Assembly (NCBI GenBank): GCA_024274695.1
Contig: JAJSAI010000019.1
Location: forward strand, 29,346-93,345
Source: an archaeon
GTDB lineage: Archaea > B1Sed10-29 > JAJSAI01
Reading direction: 5' to 3'
Length of the DNA stretch: 64,000 nt
Shown here: piece after piece, positions 18,710-27,679 of the stretch
How the letters are laid out: each line of letters opens with the position of its first letter
Position numbering within the stretch: the stretch's first letter is position 1
Position numbers and translations under genes: made by a program
The notes under the pieces: model-generated
What the model was told of the DNA's origin: nothing
Databases searched by the model: none
Seen by the model: the letters and a program-made list of their open reading frames with translations, nothing else

Positions 18710-19087
18710 ATGAAAGGTCTTACTCCCGTGGTCTCGGTTGTTCTCATAATAGGGATGATGGTCGTCGCCTCCGTGGCGTTCTACTACTGGATAATGCCGT
18801 ACACCGGAAAAAAGGCGACCCCTGAAACAACGTACTACTCCATGCATGTTGAATCGTGCAACCGGAGCCACATAACAGTCCGGAACACAGGGCTCCCGAG
18901 GTTCCATGACGCGAACGTTTCAGTCTATGATTCAACAGGGTCCAAGGTCGCCTGGTTTTATATTGACAGCCTGAACACGAGCGAGTCAAAATCCTTCCAG
19001 CTGAACCAGTCGCTCGAGCTCGGGCAAGAGTACACCCTCAGGTACGAGAAGATCCCGGGAGTCACGTTCGTGTGCAACGAGTACTAG
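18710..19087 (+). CDS. archaeal type IV pilin-like protein
   Basis: Class III signal peptide MKG|LTPVVSVVLIIGMMVV; ITVRNTG; several N-glycosylation sequons. Confidence 0.85.
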   Translation: MKGLTPVVSVVLIIGMMVVASVAFYYWIMPYTGKKATPETTYYSMHVESCNRSHITVRNTGLPRFHDANVSVYDSTGSKVAWFYIDSLNTSESKSFQLNQSLELGQEYTLRYEKIPGVTFVCNEY

Positions 19088-19608
19088 GCTCTTTCAAGAA
19101 TCCAGTCAGAAAAATCAACACGCTCTTTCTTCCTTTTCTTCCCTTCTGCTATTCTGGCGCATTCCTCCACCACTTCCTCCACTGTTTTTCCTGTGGTGTC
19201 CACCTGGAAGACCCTCTTGCTCCCGTACTCCTCAATCGCTCTGATGGTGCAGTAGTCCAGGGCTTCTGCCTCCGCGTTCTCAAGAACCTTTTTCTTGCTG
19301 TACCCTCTTCCAGAAATCCTCTTCATGAGCTCCTCAGGATGGGCTCTCAGCACGATAACGATAGAATCAGGCAGTCTCACCTCGCACGCTATGTGCCCTT
19401 CTATTATCACGTCCTCCTCTTTTGACAGTTCTTTCCTAAGCCTTTTCAGGTCTACCACGAGCTCTCCTTCATGCGTTCCTGTGTAAAGCTTTTTTTTCTT
19501 GATGTACTCTGTAAGGTGGATTACTGGTTTTTTCAGACGCTTCCCAAGCTCTTCAGCGACAGTCGTTTTCCCGGTCCCAGGGGATCCTGTGATCACAAGC
19601 CTTTTCAT
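19084..19608 (-). CDS. adenylate kinase AK6/Fap7 family
   Basis: ITGSPGTGKTT, IIEGH and RGYSKKKVLENAEAE. Confidence 0.92.
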   Translation of the reverse strand: MKRLVITGSPGTGKTTVAEELGKRLKKPVIHLTEYIKKKKLYTGTHEGELVVDLKRLRKELSKEEDVIIEGHIACEVRLPDSIVIVLRAHPEELMKRISGRGYSKKKVLENAEAEALDYCTIRAIEEYGSKRVFQVDTTGKTVEEVVEECARIAEGKKRKKERVDFSDWILERA

Positions 19609-19648
19609 CCAGTATGCTACTCTCTTCTCATTATTTAAAACGGTTCCC

Positions 19649-19722
19649 AGGAGAATCAGGTTTTGGGAGGATCCTTCTTGTGAAAGGATCCTCCAGGGTT
19701 AGGTGAGCCTCTCCTCTTTTTT
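19649..19722 (+). ncRNA. candidate long-hairpin small RNA
   Basis: 11-bp perfect stem 19666-19676/19684-19694, G.U-extended lower stem, closing AGGAGA/TCTCCT and a downstream T6 run. Confidence 0.35.
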
Positions 19723-19846
19723 GGCAGCATATACTGACGCTGATCTGGTATAAAAATTTTACTATCCACAAAACACGATAATGAAAAAATGTTTACTTTT
19801 TGACGCTTAATTTTTAATCCTGTTCATTTTGAGGGTGTTTTTTTGT

Positions 19847-20584
19847 TCAAAAGTATTTTTCGAGTTTCGCCTGTTTCTGGCGGGAGTTGGCGACCTTGGT
19901 GGTACTGCCCACCTCGTACTCTATCTTCTTGTACTCCATGCCTTCCTTTTCCAGGAACCTTTTCGCGTGGGCTGTAATGTCAGGAGCGCACAGGATACCC
20001 CTTACCCTGGAGCCCTTTCTCTTCCTGACCTCTTCCACGTACCTCTTCAGTTGTGAGACCGCGTTAAGCCCTGCCTTTCTTCTCTTGACCTCTATCAGCA
20101 CGGTGTTGCCCTGCGCGTCCTCCGCCCAAATATCCACCATGCCCTTCGGGAGGATCCCCTCTCTTTTTACTGGCCTGAGCCCCTCTTCTATCACGCTCAG
20201 GTCCTGGGCGAGGGCGTCAGAAAGATGGGACTCTACCCCCACGACACAGGACCTCTGACGGTCCCTCAGGTCAAGAACGTGTAGTGCTATTATCCTGGAA
20301 AATGATACTGAGAGGACCTCCCCCTTGTTCCTCCCTGTTATTGTGATCTTCTCCCCGTCATAGTCCGTTGTGAACACTGTCCCTGTCTTCTGATAATTCA
20401 CTGGAGGGGTCTTGAACGGCTGATGCACCAGGAACGTCCCGTCAGGCTTTATTATCACGATCCTCTCTCCAGGACCGAGCTTTGAAGCAGCCCTCCCGGC
20501 GTACGAGACCGTGCACTCTCCCACTATTATTATCGTCTTCTTCTGCTCCAGCCCCCTGTCTATGTCCCTCTTGCTTGAAAGCAT
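19847..20584 (-). CDS. nucS: mismatch-specific endonuclease NucS/EndoMS
   Basis: C.V.Y.GRA.S.L, IIKPDGTFLVH, PVNYQ, VD...D...LIEVKR and QLKRY. Confidence 0.93.
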   Translation of the reverse strand: MLSSKRDIDRGLEQKKTIIIVGECTVSYAGRAASKLGPGERIVIIKPDGTFLVHQPFKTPPVNYQKTGTVFTTDYDGEKITITGRNKGEVLSVSFSRIIALHVLDLRDRQRSCVVGVESHLSDALAQDLSVIEEGLRPVKREGILPKGMVDIWAEDAQGNTVLIEVKRRKAGLNAVSQLKRYVEEVRKRKGSRVRGILCAPDITAHAKRFLEKEGMEYKKIEYEVGSTTKVANSRQKQAKLEKYF

Positions 20585-20673
20585 TAGACTCTTCTTCCTC
20601 TCGGGTGGTATAAAAAAGCAGGGGCGAAAAGGTTAAAAAACACCCGGCCGGAATTCTTCAAGGGTGTTGTTTT

Positions 20674-21144
20674 TTGTTCAAGAAGAGCATGTCCTTTCCG
20701 GAGAAAGAGCTTTTCATCCGAATGTGTCTGCCCGCGTATTCTCTCACCGAGGACGTCAGGGGAAGGCTCCTCTACTACCTGAAGAAAAGAAGCGTCCCGG
20801 ACAATCTCCTGCGCGAGGCGTTCCCTGAGGACTATGACAGGATAATGTCGACAGTGATGCTGGAGAAGGGCTTCTTTTCCCTTAAGCCAAGGCTTGACCT
20901 GGTGATCAAGTACTTTCTGGAATACCACAACAGGGAAACGCCTTGCAAGGTTGAGGAAGGAAGGGTTGTTGGGTTCAGAGCGGAAAGAAAGGGAGGAGAG
21001 AACACCCTCATCGCAAGAGTCGCCCTTAAGTCAGGTCGCACGGTTAACGCGTCAACCAAGCTGGCTCCCGGGCTTGTTGTTAGAATAAACTTGAACGACA
21101 GGGTTTTCGTGCATAACAAGAAGGTCTGCCACGTGTTAGAATGA
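20674..21144 (+). CDS. hypothetical protein coupled to hydrogenase protease, with HypC-like C-terminal beta region
   Basis: ATGA overlap with the protease gene; C-terminus ..NLNDRVFVH..VCHVL resembles the HypC GDxVLVHxG.AI strand. Confidence 0.55.
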   Translation: MFKKSMSFPEKELFIRMCLPAYSLTEDVRGRLLYYLKKRSVPDNLLREAFPEDYDRIMSTVMLEKGFFSLKPRLDLVIKYFLEYHNRETPCKVEEGRVVGFRAERKGGENTLIARVALKSGRTVNASTKLAPGLVVRINLNDRVFVHNKKVCHVLE

Positions 21145-21572
21145 ACAGGATAGCCGTCGCGTCCCTCGGCAACCCCCTGAGAAGGGATGATGGGATTACA
21201 GAGGTTGCCTGCAGGATGATGGAAGAGAGAAACCGTTTTAAGGCAGACTACTACTACGGGGATCCCTTGAACTACCTGGGCAGGCTCGTTTCTTACGATC
21301 TCGTGTTCCTTGTGGACGCCGTGCTCTCAGAGGACCCTCCTGGGAGGGTCAAGCTCCTGGACATTGACTCTGTTTCAGGCCCTGGCCTTTCAACACACTC
21401 AGCGTCACTGGACCTCGTTAGAAGAATGCTTTCGGGAAAAAAAGTTTTCCTGATAGGCGTGACAGTCAGGGACACGGGATACGGGACCGGCCTGAGCCCG
21501 GGTGTGGATCCTCAGAGGATCGCTGAAGAAATAGAGAGGATCATACTCGCCCGCGCTTCCGTCAGGCATTGA
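21141..21572 (+). CDS. hydrogenase maturation endopeptidase (HycI/HyaD family)
   Basis: LGNPLRRDDGI, LVDAV and STH motifs. Confidence 0.92.
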   Translation: MNRIAVASLGNPLRRDDGITEVACRMMEERNRFKADYYYGDPLNYLGRLVSYDLVFLVDAVLSEDPPGRVKLLDIDSVSGPGLSTHSASLDLVRRMLSGKKVFLIGVTVRDTGYGTGLSPGVDPQRIAEEIERIILARASVRH

Positions 21573-21582
21573 TCTCATTTCT

Positions 21583-21915
21583 TCATTTTACCAGGTTCTT
21601 CAAATCCTCTTTCCTGGTGCTGGAGTAGTCGTACTCTGTGGAGAACGCTATCGCCTTAGGTCTCGCGGGGCACACGTCCCGGCACAGCCCGCACAGTATG
21701 CACTTTCCCATGTCAAAGTCTATCCTCCCCTTCTCGTGGAAGACTATCGCGTTAACAGGACAGTTCCTCTCGCACAGCCTGCATCCTATGCACCGTTTGG
21801 AATAGTATACTATTCTTCCCCTAAACCTCTGGTAGGGTTTCTTCTTCTGCTCGGGATAGTTCTCTGTCACCGGCCTCCTGAAAAGCCACGCGAGCACCTC
21901 TGTTTTCAAGCCCAT
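21583..21915 (-). CDS. group-4 hydrogenase 2x[4Fe-4S] subunit (MbhN/EchF/NuoI-like)
   Basis: T.NYP, FRG, CIGCRLCERNCP and CILCGLCRDVCP. Confidence 0.9.
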   Translation of the reverse strand: MGLKTEVLAWLFRRPVTENYPEQKKKPYQRFRGRIVYYSKRCIGCRLCERNCPVNAIVFHEKGRIDFDMGKCILCGLCRDVCPARPKAIAFSTEYDYSSTRKEDLKNLVK

Positions 21916-22763
21916 GAGCCCACCCACAGTACCCTCATCAAGTCTATTACCGCGACAAAGAACGCTGCCAGCACGTACCACACGGTGGTGTGCAGCGTAA
22001 ACCTTGGAGTGGTCGCGTCTGAATACGCCATCGCCATGAACAGGATCACGAAACTCACTATCCAGAAGAGCAAGTTTCCTCCTGCGAACAGGCTTGACAG
22101 CAGGCTTATGAAAAAGAACCTTTTCAGCATCTCCCCGAGGTCCAGGAAGAACAGGGACCTTCCGGAGTACTCCGTGCTAACCCCTGGAAGGATCTCGCTT
22201 TCCGCGGCCCCGGTGTCGAACTGGGTTACCTTGCTTTCCACGAGGGCCACGGCTATCAGGGCAACGGCTGACGGGACCAGTCCCAGAATGCTCAGGTCCT
22301 TTATTCCTGCAAGCGTGATCGTGCTAGAGTACACGACGAACGAGATGATCGCGGCGGCGAGGGCCGTCTCGTATATTATCATGAGCCTCATTTCCCTCAT
22401 GCTGGCGAGCATGCCGTAGGGGGAGTCAGAGCTTATTCCCGCGAGCACGTAAAAAGCGCTTGAGAGCACGGTCACGTACAATAGGAAAATGAAGTCGTAC
22501 GGGAAAGAAATCACCTGGAACGGGACCAGCATCAGTCCCACGAAAAGGGTGGTGCAGTACATGAATGGCGAGATCATGAAGAACCAGTCGTTCTTGGTCG
22601 GGATCCTCTTCTTTGCCCAGAGTTTCCTGAGATCGTAAAAAGGTTGTACTACGGGAGGGCCTCTCCTGCTCTGCATTCTCGCGATCACCTTGCGGTACAC
22701 CCCGTCAGCGAGGACCGCGAGGAAAGGGGATGCAACCCAGAGCACCAGGTTCAGCCAGGGCAC
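21906..22763 (-). CDS. group-4 hydrogenase membrane anchor (MbhM/EchB/NuoH-like)
   Basis: RKVIARMQSRRGPP..QPFYD..KL, AESEI..G..TEYSG and PRF. Confidence 0.93.
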   Translation of the reverse strand: MPWLNLVLWVASPFLAVLADGVYRKVIARMQSRRGPPVVQPFYDLRKLWAKKRIPTKNDWFFMISPFMYCTTLFVGLMLVPFQVISFPYDFIFLLYVTVLSSAFYVLAGISSDSPYGMLASMREMRLMIIYETALAAAIISFVVYSSTITLAGIKDLSILGLVPSAVALIAVALVESKVTQFDTGAAESEILPGVSTEYSGRSLFFLDLGEMLKRFFFISLLSSLFAGGNLLFWIVSFVILFMAMAYSDATTPRFTLHTTVWYVLAAFFVAVIDLMRVLWVGSWA

Positions 22764-23908
22764 GAGTACTTCCTCCTGAACTCTTTTTCCCTGAGCTCTT
22801 CAACCCTGCCGTTCTTTTCTACAAGGACTCTTTCAAGGCAGGAGAAGCAGGGGTCAAGGGACGCTACTATGACGGGCACGTCTCCTACGACCATGCCTGG
22901 AAGCAGTTCTTCAAGGATCTTCATGTAAGAAAAGCTGGGTGTTCTTATCTTCGCTCTCTCCACCCTGTTGTTCTTGAACCTTAGGTAGTAGAAGAGCTCT
23001 CCTCTCGGCGCTTCCACCCGGGCGTGACCCTCTCCCTCAACCCTGGAAAGAGAGTGGGGAGGGATCTTCTCGTCCGGGAGTCCTGAGAGCACGCGTTCTA
23101 CTATCCTCGCGGATTCCATGACCTCCGTGAGCCTGACCTTCAGCCTTTCCAGCGCGTCCCCCCTCTTCCCGGCCGCCATTTCAAAGTCTATCCTGGAGTA
23201 CCAGTCGTACGGGTCTATCTTACGGGTGTCTATCCTCACTCCTGACGCCCGGGCTATGGGGCCTGTCAGCCCCCATTCCAAGGCCATGCTCTTCGGGATC
23301 GTTCCAACGTTCTTGAGCCTTGACACGACAACTTCTTCCTTCATGCAGTCGTTGTAGTAATCTCTGGTTTTCCTTGCCACGCTCCGAACCTGCTGTAGTA
23401 TGAACTCGGGATCCTCTTCTTCCATGTCGTACCGCAGTGTTCTTATCTTGTTAATGTTATGATGGACCCTGCCCCCGGTTATTTTTTCAAAGCAGTCAAG
23501 CACCTTTTCTCTTTCCCTCCAGAAGTAGTTGAAAAGGGTTTCAAGGCCTATCTCGTGCATCATGAACCCTGCCCAGAGAAGGTGGCTCTGCATCCTCTCA
23601 AGCTCGAACAGCACTGTCCGGATGGCCTTCACTCTTTCAGGAGCATCGTACCCGAGAATGTTTTCCACCGTGCGCACGTACGCCCTCTCGTGAGTAATAC
23701 TGCATATACCGCATACCCTTGAAGCAACGTACAGGGCCTGGTCAGGGTTTTTCCCCTCCAGCAGGTACTCTATCCCCCTGTGAGTGTACCCCGTTACCAT
23801 CCTGACCTTCTGGACCTCCTCTCCCTCAAGGCAGACCTTGAGGAGTATGGGCTCTTTTATCGCAGGGCTCTGTGGCCCGACGGGCATTACGAAGTCATGC
23901 ACTCTCAT
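22751..23908 (-). CDS. group-4 [NiFe]-hydrogenase large subunit (MbhL/EchE-like)
   Basis: L1 RVCGICS, L2 DPCFSCLER, EAPRGE and RTPS; about 25-aa cleavable C-terminal extension. Confidence 0.95.
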   Translation of the reverse strand: MRVHDFVMPVGPQSPAIKEPILLKVCLEGEEVQKVRMVTGYTHRGIEYLLEGKNPDQALYVASRVCGICSITHERAYVRTVENILGYDAPERVKAIRTVLFELERMQSHLLWAGFMMHEIGLETLFNYFWREREKVLDCFEKITGGRVHHNINKIRTLRYDMEEEDPEFILQQVRSVARKTRDYYNDCMKEEVVVSRLKNVGTIPKSMALEWGLTGPIARASGVRIDTRKIDPYDWYSRIDFEMAAGKRGDALERLKVRLTEVMESARIVERVLSGLPDEKIPPHSLSRVEGEGHARVEAPRGELFYYLRFKNNRVERAKIRTPSFSYMKILEELLPGMVVGDVPVIVASLDPCFSCLERVLVEKNGRVEELREKEFRRKYSCPG

Positions 23909-24212
23909 CCCTCCTCATGGGCGGCTTGCCCTTCCAGTCCTCGGGCAGGAAGAGTTTCAGGTGCAGGTTCTTGTTGCCCTCGAACTCAACCCCGTAAAAG
24001 TCGTGGATCTCCCTCTCATAGAAGTCCGCGGGAGGAAACTCTTCCGCCAGGCTTTCCACGACCGGGGACTCTTTAGGCACCCTCAGTTCCTTGAAGAAAA
24101 TGTTGTGATCCTTCCCGTCAAAGTAGTACCTCAGCCTGAACTCCTCCCCCATGTCGTCGCACACTATCGCGATAAGCCTGTTATCCTTTAGAAGCTCTTT
24201 CAAGAACCTCAA
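23895..24212 (-). CDS. group-4 hydrogenase NuoC-like subunit (MbhK/EchD)
   Basis: YEREIHDFYGVEFEG...LFLPEDW..PPMRR. Confidence 0.92.
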   Translation of the reverse strand: MRFLKELLKDNRLIAIVCDDMGEEFRLRYYFDGKDHNIFFKELRVPKESPVVESLAEEFPPADFYEREIHDFYGVEFEGNKNLHLKLFLPEDWKGKPPMRRDESA

Positions 24213-24597
24213 CCCCCTTTAGTATGCCGTCTATTACAGCTTCCGGTCGCGGCGGGCATCCTGGGACGTACACGTCCACGGGTATTATCCTGTCCAATGG
24301 CCCCGCGTGATTGTACGATTCCGCGAAAGGCCCGCCTGACACCGCGCACGCTCCCACAGCCACCACCACCTTCGGGCTTGCCATCTGGTCGTACACCGTT
24401 CTTATCCTGTCAGCGTTTTTCTTGTTTACCATCCCCTCCACCACGAGGATGTCAGCATTCCTCGGGCTGTGCTTTATCACTATCCCGAGCCTTTCCACGT
24501 CGTACCTGGGCGTGGCCACGGCGAGCACTTCAAGATTGCACCCGTTACAGCCAGCCCCGTGGAACACGAACACCCACGGAGATTTTTTGAAAGTCAT
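24181..24597 (-). CDS. group-4 hydrogenase small subunit (MbhJ/EchC/NuoB-like)
   Basis: GCNGCNLE, SPRNADIL, VGACA.SGG and VPGCPPRPE. Confidence 0.95.
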   Translation of the reverse strand: MTFKKSPWVFVFHGAGCNGCNLEVLAVATPRYDVERLGIVIKHSPRNADILVVEGMVNKKNADRIRTVYDQMASPKVVVAVGACAVSGGPFAESYNHAGPLDRIIPVDVYVPGCPPRPEAVIDGILKGVEVLERASKG

Positions 24598-24749
24598 ACG
24601 AGCATCACCGAGATGGAGAGTACTGCCAGCGAGATGAGCACTGCCGCGAGCTCCCATGGCTCGAAGAACGCTTCATAGCTCTCCGGAAGCACTCTGCCAA
24701 CATCCCTCTCCCCTCCGAGGTATACTGTGACCTTCTCTTTTCCGTTCAT
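24594..24749 (-). CDS. small single-TM hydrogenase subunit (MbhI-like?)
   Basis: MNGKEKVTVYLGGE...C-terminal TM; ATGA-coupled on both sides within the operon. Confidence 0.65.
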   Translation of the reverse strand: MNGKEKVTVYLGGERDVGRVLPESYEAFFEPWELAAVLISLAVLSISVMLV

Positions 24750-25612
24750 GTCATCAGCCCCAGGATGGTCTCCTGCAGCCAGGGGAACACGCCTAAGAGT
24801 ATGACTGCTGCCGCCAGCGCGCCCGCGAACGCGAGGCGCGCTCTGTCTTCCTTTTTCCGTCTCCCCGGGCCTGCCAGCAGGTAGTACGCCACCTTGTAGT
24901 ACATTATGAACAGCATCATGGCAAGGAATATTCCAAGAAGTGTTATAAGCGGGTCCATCGCGAACCCTTTCGTGAAAAGAATCCACTCAGAGACGAAGAT
25001 GTTGAACCCGGGAAGTCCTGCCAGGGAAAGGCAGGCTATTACAGTGAACAGGTCCGCCCACCTGCTCACGAACCAGCTTCCCATAAGGTCGCTCAGCCTC
25101 TCCTTCCTACGCGCGACCATTCCAATTCCCAGGAACAAGAGGGATCCTGCGATCGTGTAGTCGAACACTTGTATCGTCTTCAAGAGGCCAGGGTCTGCTG
25201 ACGCGAACGCAACACTCAGATCAAGGGCCACGAAACCTATCTGCGCGAGGCTGCTTGCCGCCAGGAACCTGTACATCCGCGGCTCAAGGATACCGTACAC
25301 CGCAAGCCCTCCTATGCCGAGAGCGAACAGTATCGCGAGCTGCTTTGACCCTGGGAGCAGCCCGTGCTCGTAGTACCAGAGGAGAGAGCTTGACACCAGT
25401 ACAGCGGAGAGCATGTTAGCGTGCGCGAAAACAGAATAAGATCTTATTCTCGGGGACGCTATCACGATCCCCAGCGCCAGGACTCCTGCAGGAGAGTCCA
25501 TCAGGAGCAGGGCCGCAGCAGAAGAGGCGAGTATCACTACTGCCTCCTTTTTCCCGCGCGCCAGCAGGAGGCTTGCGACCGTGACCAGTCCTGTGAGGAA
25601 CGTCCAGAGCAT
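24746..25612 (-). CDS. truncated antiporter-like (MrpD/NuoM/MbhH) subunit
   Basis: RFLAASSLAQIG, LLFLG and SLAGLPGFNIFVSEW motifs of the C-terminal half; only 288 aa; has its own TATA upstream. Confidence 0.85.
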   Translation of the reverse strand: MLWTFLTGLVTVASLLLARGKKEAVVILASSAAALLLMDSPAGVLALGIVIASPRIRSYSVFAHANMLSAVLVSSSLLWYYEHGLLPGSKQLAILFALGIGGLAVYGILEPRMYRFLAASSLAQIGFVALDLSVAFASADPGLLKTIQVFDYTIAGSLLFLGIGMVARRKERLSDLMGSWFVSRWADLFTVIACLSLAGLPGFNIFVSEWILFTKGFAMDPLITLLGIFLAMMLFIMYYKVAYYLLAGPGRRKKEDRARLAFAGALAAAVILLGVFPWLQETILGLMT

Positions 25613-25664
25613 GCTATAAGAGGAAGGGCAGGCTGGTTAATAATGCTTTAGGGTTTTTCTGGTC

Positions 25665-26948
25665 TCACGGGTAGTACCTGTTCACGGTCCTTGGGAAGGG
25701 CACTACGTCACGAATGTGGGGCAGGTCCAGAATCCACTTCAGTGTTCTCTCGGTCCCTAGCCCGAAGCCAGAGTGGGGCACTGACCCGTACCTCCTGAGG
25801 TCAACGTACCACTCGTACGCTTTCGGGTCAAGCCCGAACTCTTTTATCTTTTTCTCCAAAAGGTCCTTATCCCATATCCTCTCACTGCCTCCTATTATCT
25901 CCCCGTGCCCCTTCGGGGCCAGCATGTCCGCTGCCTTTACCTTGCCAGGATTCTTCTCGTCAGGCTGCATGTAGAATGCCTTCATGTCCTCTGGGAACGA
26001 GTGAATGAACAGGGGCTTGTCCAGGTCTTTGGTCAAGGCTTCTTCGTGTGGTGCTCCGGGGTCGTCCCCGTACTCTATGTCAAACCCTTTCTTCTGAAGC
26101 TCTTCTATGGCCTCGTCGTAGGACATTCTCGGGAAGGGAGGCTCGACCTTCTTTAGATCAGCAGGATCCCTGCCGAAGTACTCGAGCAGCGCTTTCTCGT
26201 TCTCCGCCATCTTCTGGCAAACGTAGGAGATCATTCTCTCCTGGAAGTCCATGTTCTTCTCCTGGTCCCACCACGCCATTTCAGCCTCAAGATGCCAGTA
26301 CTCTGTCAGGTGTTTGGAAGTGTGGCTCTTTTCTGCCCTGAAGCTGGGCGTCAGGGAGTACACTTTTTCCAGGGAGAATATGAGCGCTTCCAGGTAAAGC
26401 TGGGCGCTCTGTGACAAGTAAACCTTTTTCCCGAAGTAGGGGACTTCGAAAAGGGTAGCACCTCCTTCCGCTCCCGCGACAGTGAATATGGGTGGGAACA
26501 CCTCATGGAACCCTTCCTTTTCGAAGAACTCCCTGAAGTACTTCATCATCTTCTCCCTGGCTATCATCGCCCTTGTGATCTTCTGGGCCCTCACGCTCAA
26601 GTGCCGCACGTCCATCAAGAACTCGGTGGACTGGTCCTTTGTTATCACGAAAGGCTCTCTGTTGCACACTACCTCAAGCTTCTCTGCTTTCAGCTCCGCG
26701 CCCCCAGGAGCCCTCTCGTCAGGCCTGACCTCTCCTTCTATTATCACGCTCGATTCTATGTACAGGTCAGACGCCTTCTGGAAGTCCGGGTTATCAGGCT
26801 TGAAAACGCACTGTATCACTCCTGTGGAGTCCCTTAGCAGCACGAACACCGCGTTCTTGGTGACCCTGTGCCTGTACACCCATCCCCTTAGCCTGAACCC
26901 GCCCTGCTTTTTTTCAAGGGCCTCCTGGACGCTGGCGAAGGATTCCAT
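25665..26948 (-). CDS. asnS: asparagine--tRNA ligase
   Basis: EGGATLF, YLSQSAQLYLE, PSFRAEKS.T.KHLTEYWHLEAE and YGSVPHSGFGLG.ER. Confidence 0.9.
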   Translation of the reverse strand: MESFASVQEALEKKQGGFRLRGWVYRHRVTKNAVFVLLRDSTGVIQCVFKPDNPDFQKASDLYIESSVIIEGEVRPDERAPGGAELKAEKLEVVCNREPFVITKDQSTEFLMDVRHLSVRAQKITRAMIAREKMMKYFREFFEKEGFHEVFPPIFTVAGAEGGATLFEVPYFGKKVYLSQSAQLYLEALIFSLEKVYSLTPSFRAEKSHTSKHLTEYWHLEAEMAWWDQEKNMDFQERMISYVCQKMAENEKALLEYFGRDPADLKKVEPPFPRMSYDEAIEELQKKGFDIEYGDDPGAPHEEALTKDLDKPLFIHSFPEDMKAFYMQPDEKNPGKVKAADMLAPKGHGEIIGGSERIWDKDLLEKKIKEFGLDPKAYEWYVDLRRYGSVPHSGFGLGTERTLKWILDLPHIRDVVPFPRTVNRYYP

Positions 26949-26990
26949 GGATCATTATACCCTGTCACGTTTTAAAACACTTGCCTGTTC

Positions 26991-27673
26991 CTACCACACC
27001 TGCGCGCTCGGGGGGAACACGAGGCCAGCCAGAACGCTCGCCAGCACAATAACCCTGAGAACCAGCCTAAGCTTTTTACCTATTCTCGCAGGACTCTCTT
27101 GGGTTCTTGCGCTCAAGAGTTCGTCGAACTCTATGACTGCTATCATGACCGGGTACACTATCCTCTGGAACCCGAGAATCCAGTCCCCCACGGTCCTCGT
27201 CCCGAGCAGCATGCTCCCGAGGATAACGCTTGGGATGACTGAGAACAGGAGAACAAGCACCCCGGTTACCACCAGGCTCTTAAGGTCCCTCGCCAGGGTT
27301 TCACGTTCTTCTCGGCCAGCACGCTGGCCTGGTCCACAGCCAGGTACACGATCCCCAGGGAAGTGCCGATGCTAAACCCCAGCGTTCTCGGGACGAAGGT
27401 AAAGAAAAGCTCGGGCCCGAAGAGGAAAAGGGTGAACACCGTGTTAAGGTAGGAGAAGATCTTCAAAAGGCCCGCTGGATCAGGCCTGCTGCCGTTAGCG
27501 TACCAGTCCAGGGCCTTCAGCCCTGCCGCGATAACACCGCAAGCCATGAGGCCCGTGTAGTAGAATCCTGTGATCCAGTAGACGCGCGATGAATGCTTTA
27601 CTAGTTCGGCCAGCCCGACGAGAAGGGTGTTCCAAGCCAGTAACAGCAGAACCCTTTCAGCCCTCGTGTTCAT
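26991..27673 (-). CDS. hypothetical multi-pass membrane protein, apparently split by a 1-nt frameshift near 27300
   Basis: Two overlapping hydrophobic ORFs (27266..27673 and 26991..27272). Adding one A to the AAA run gives ..EKNVKTLARDLKSLVVTGVLVLL.. as a continuous sequence. Confidence 0.55.
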
Positions 27674-27679
27674 CCAGCA

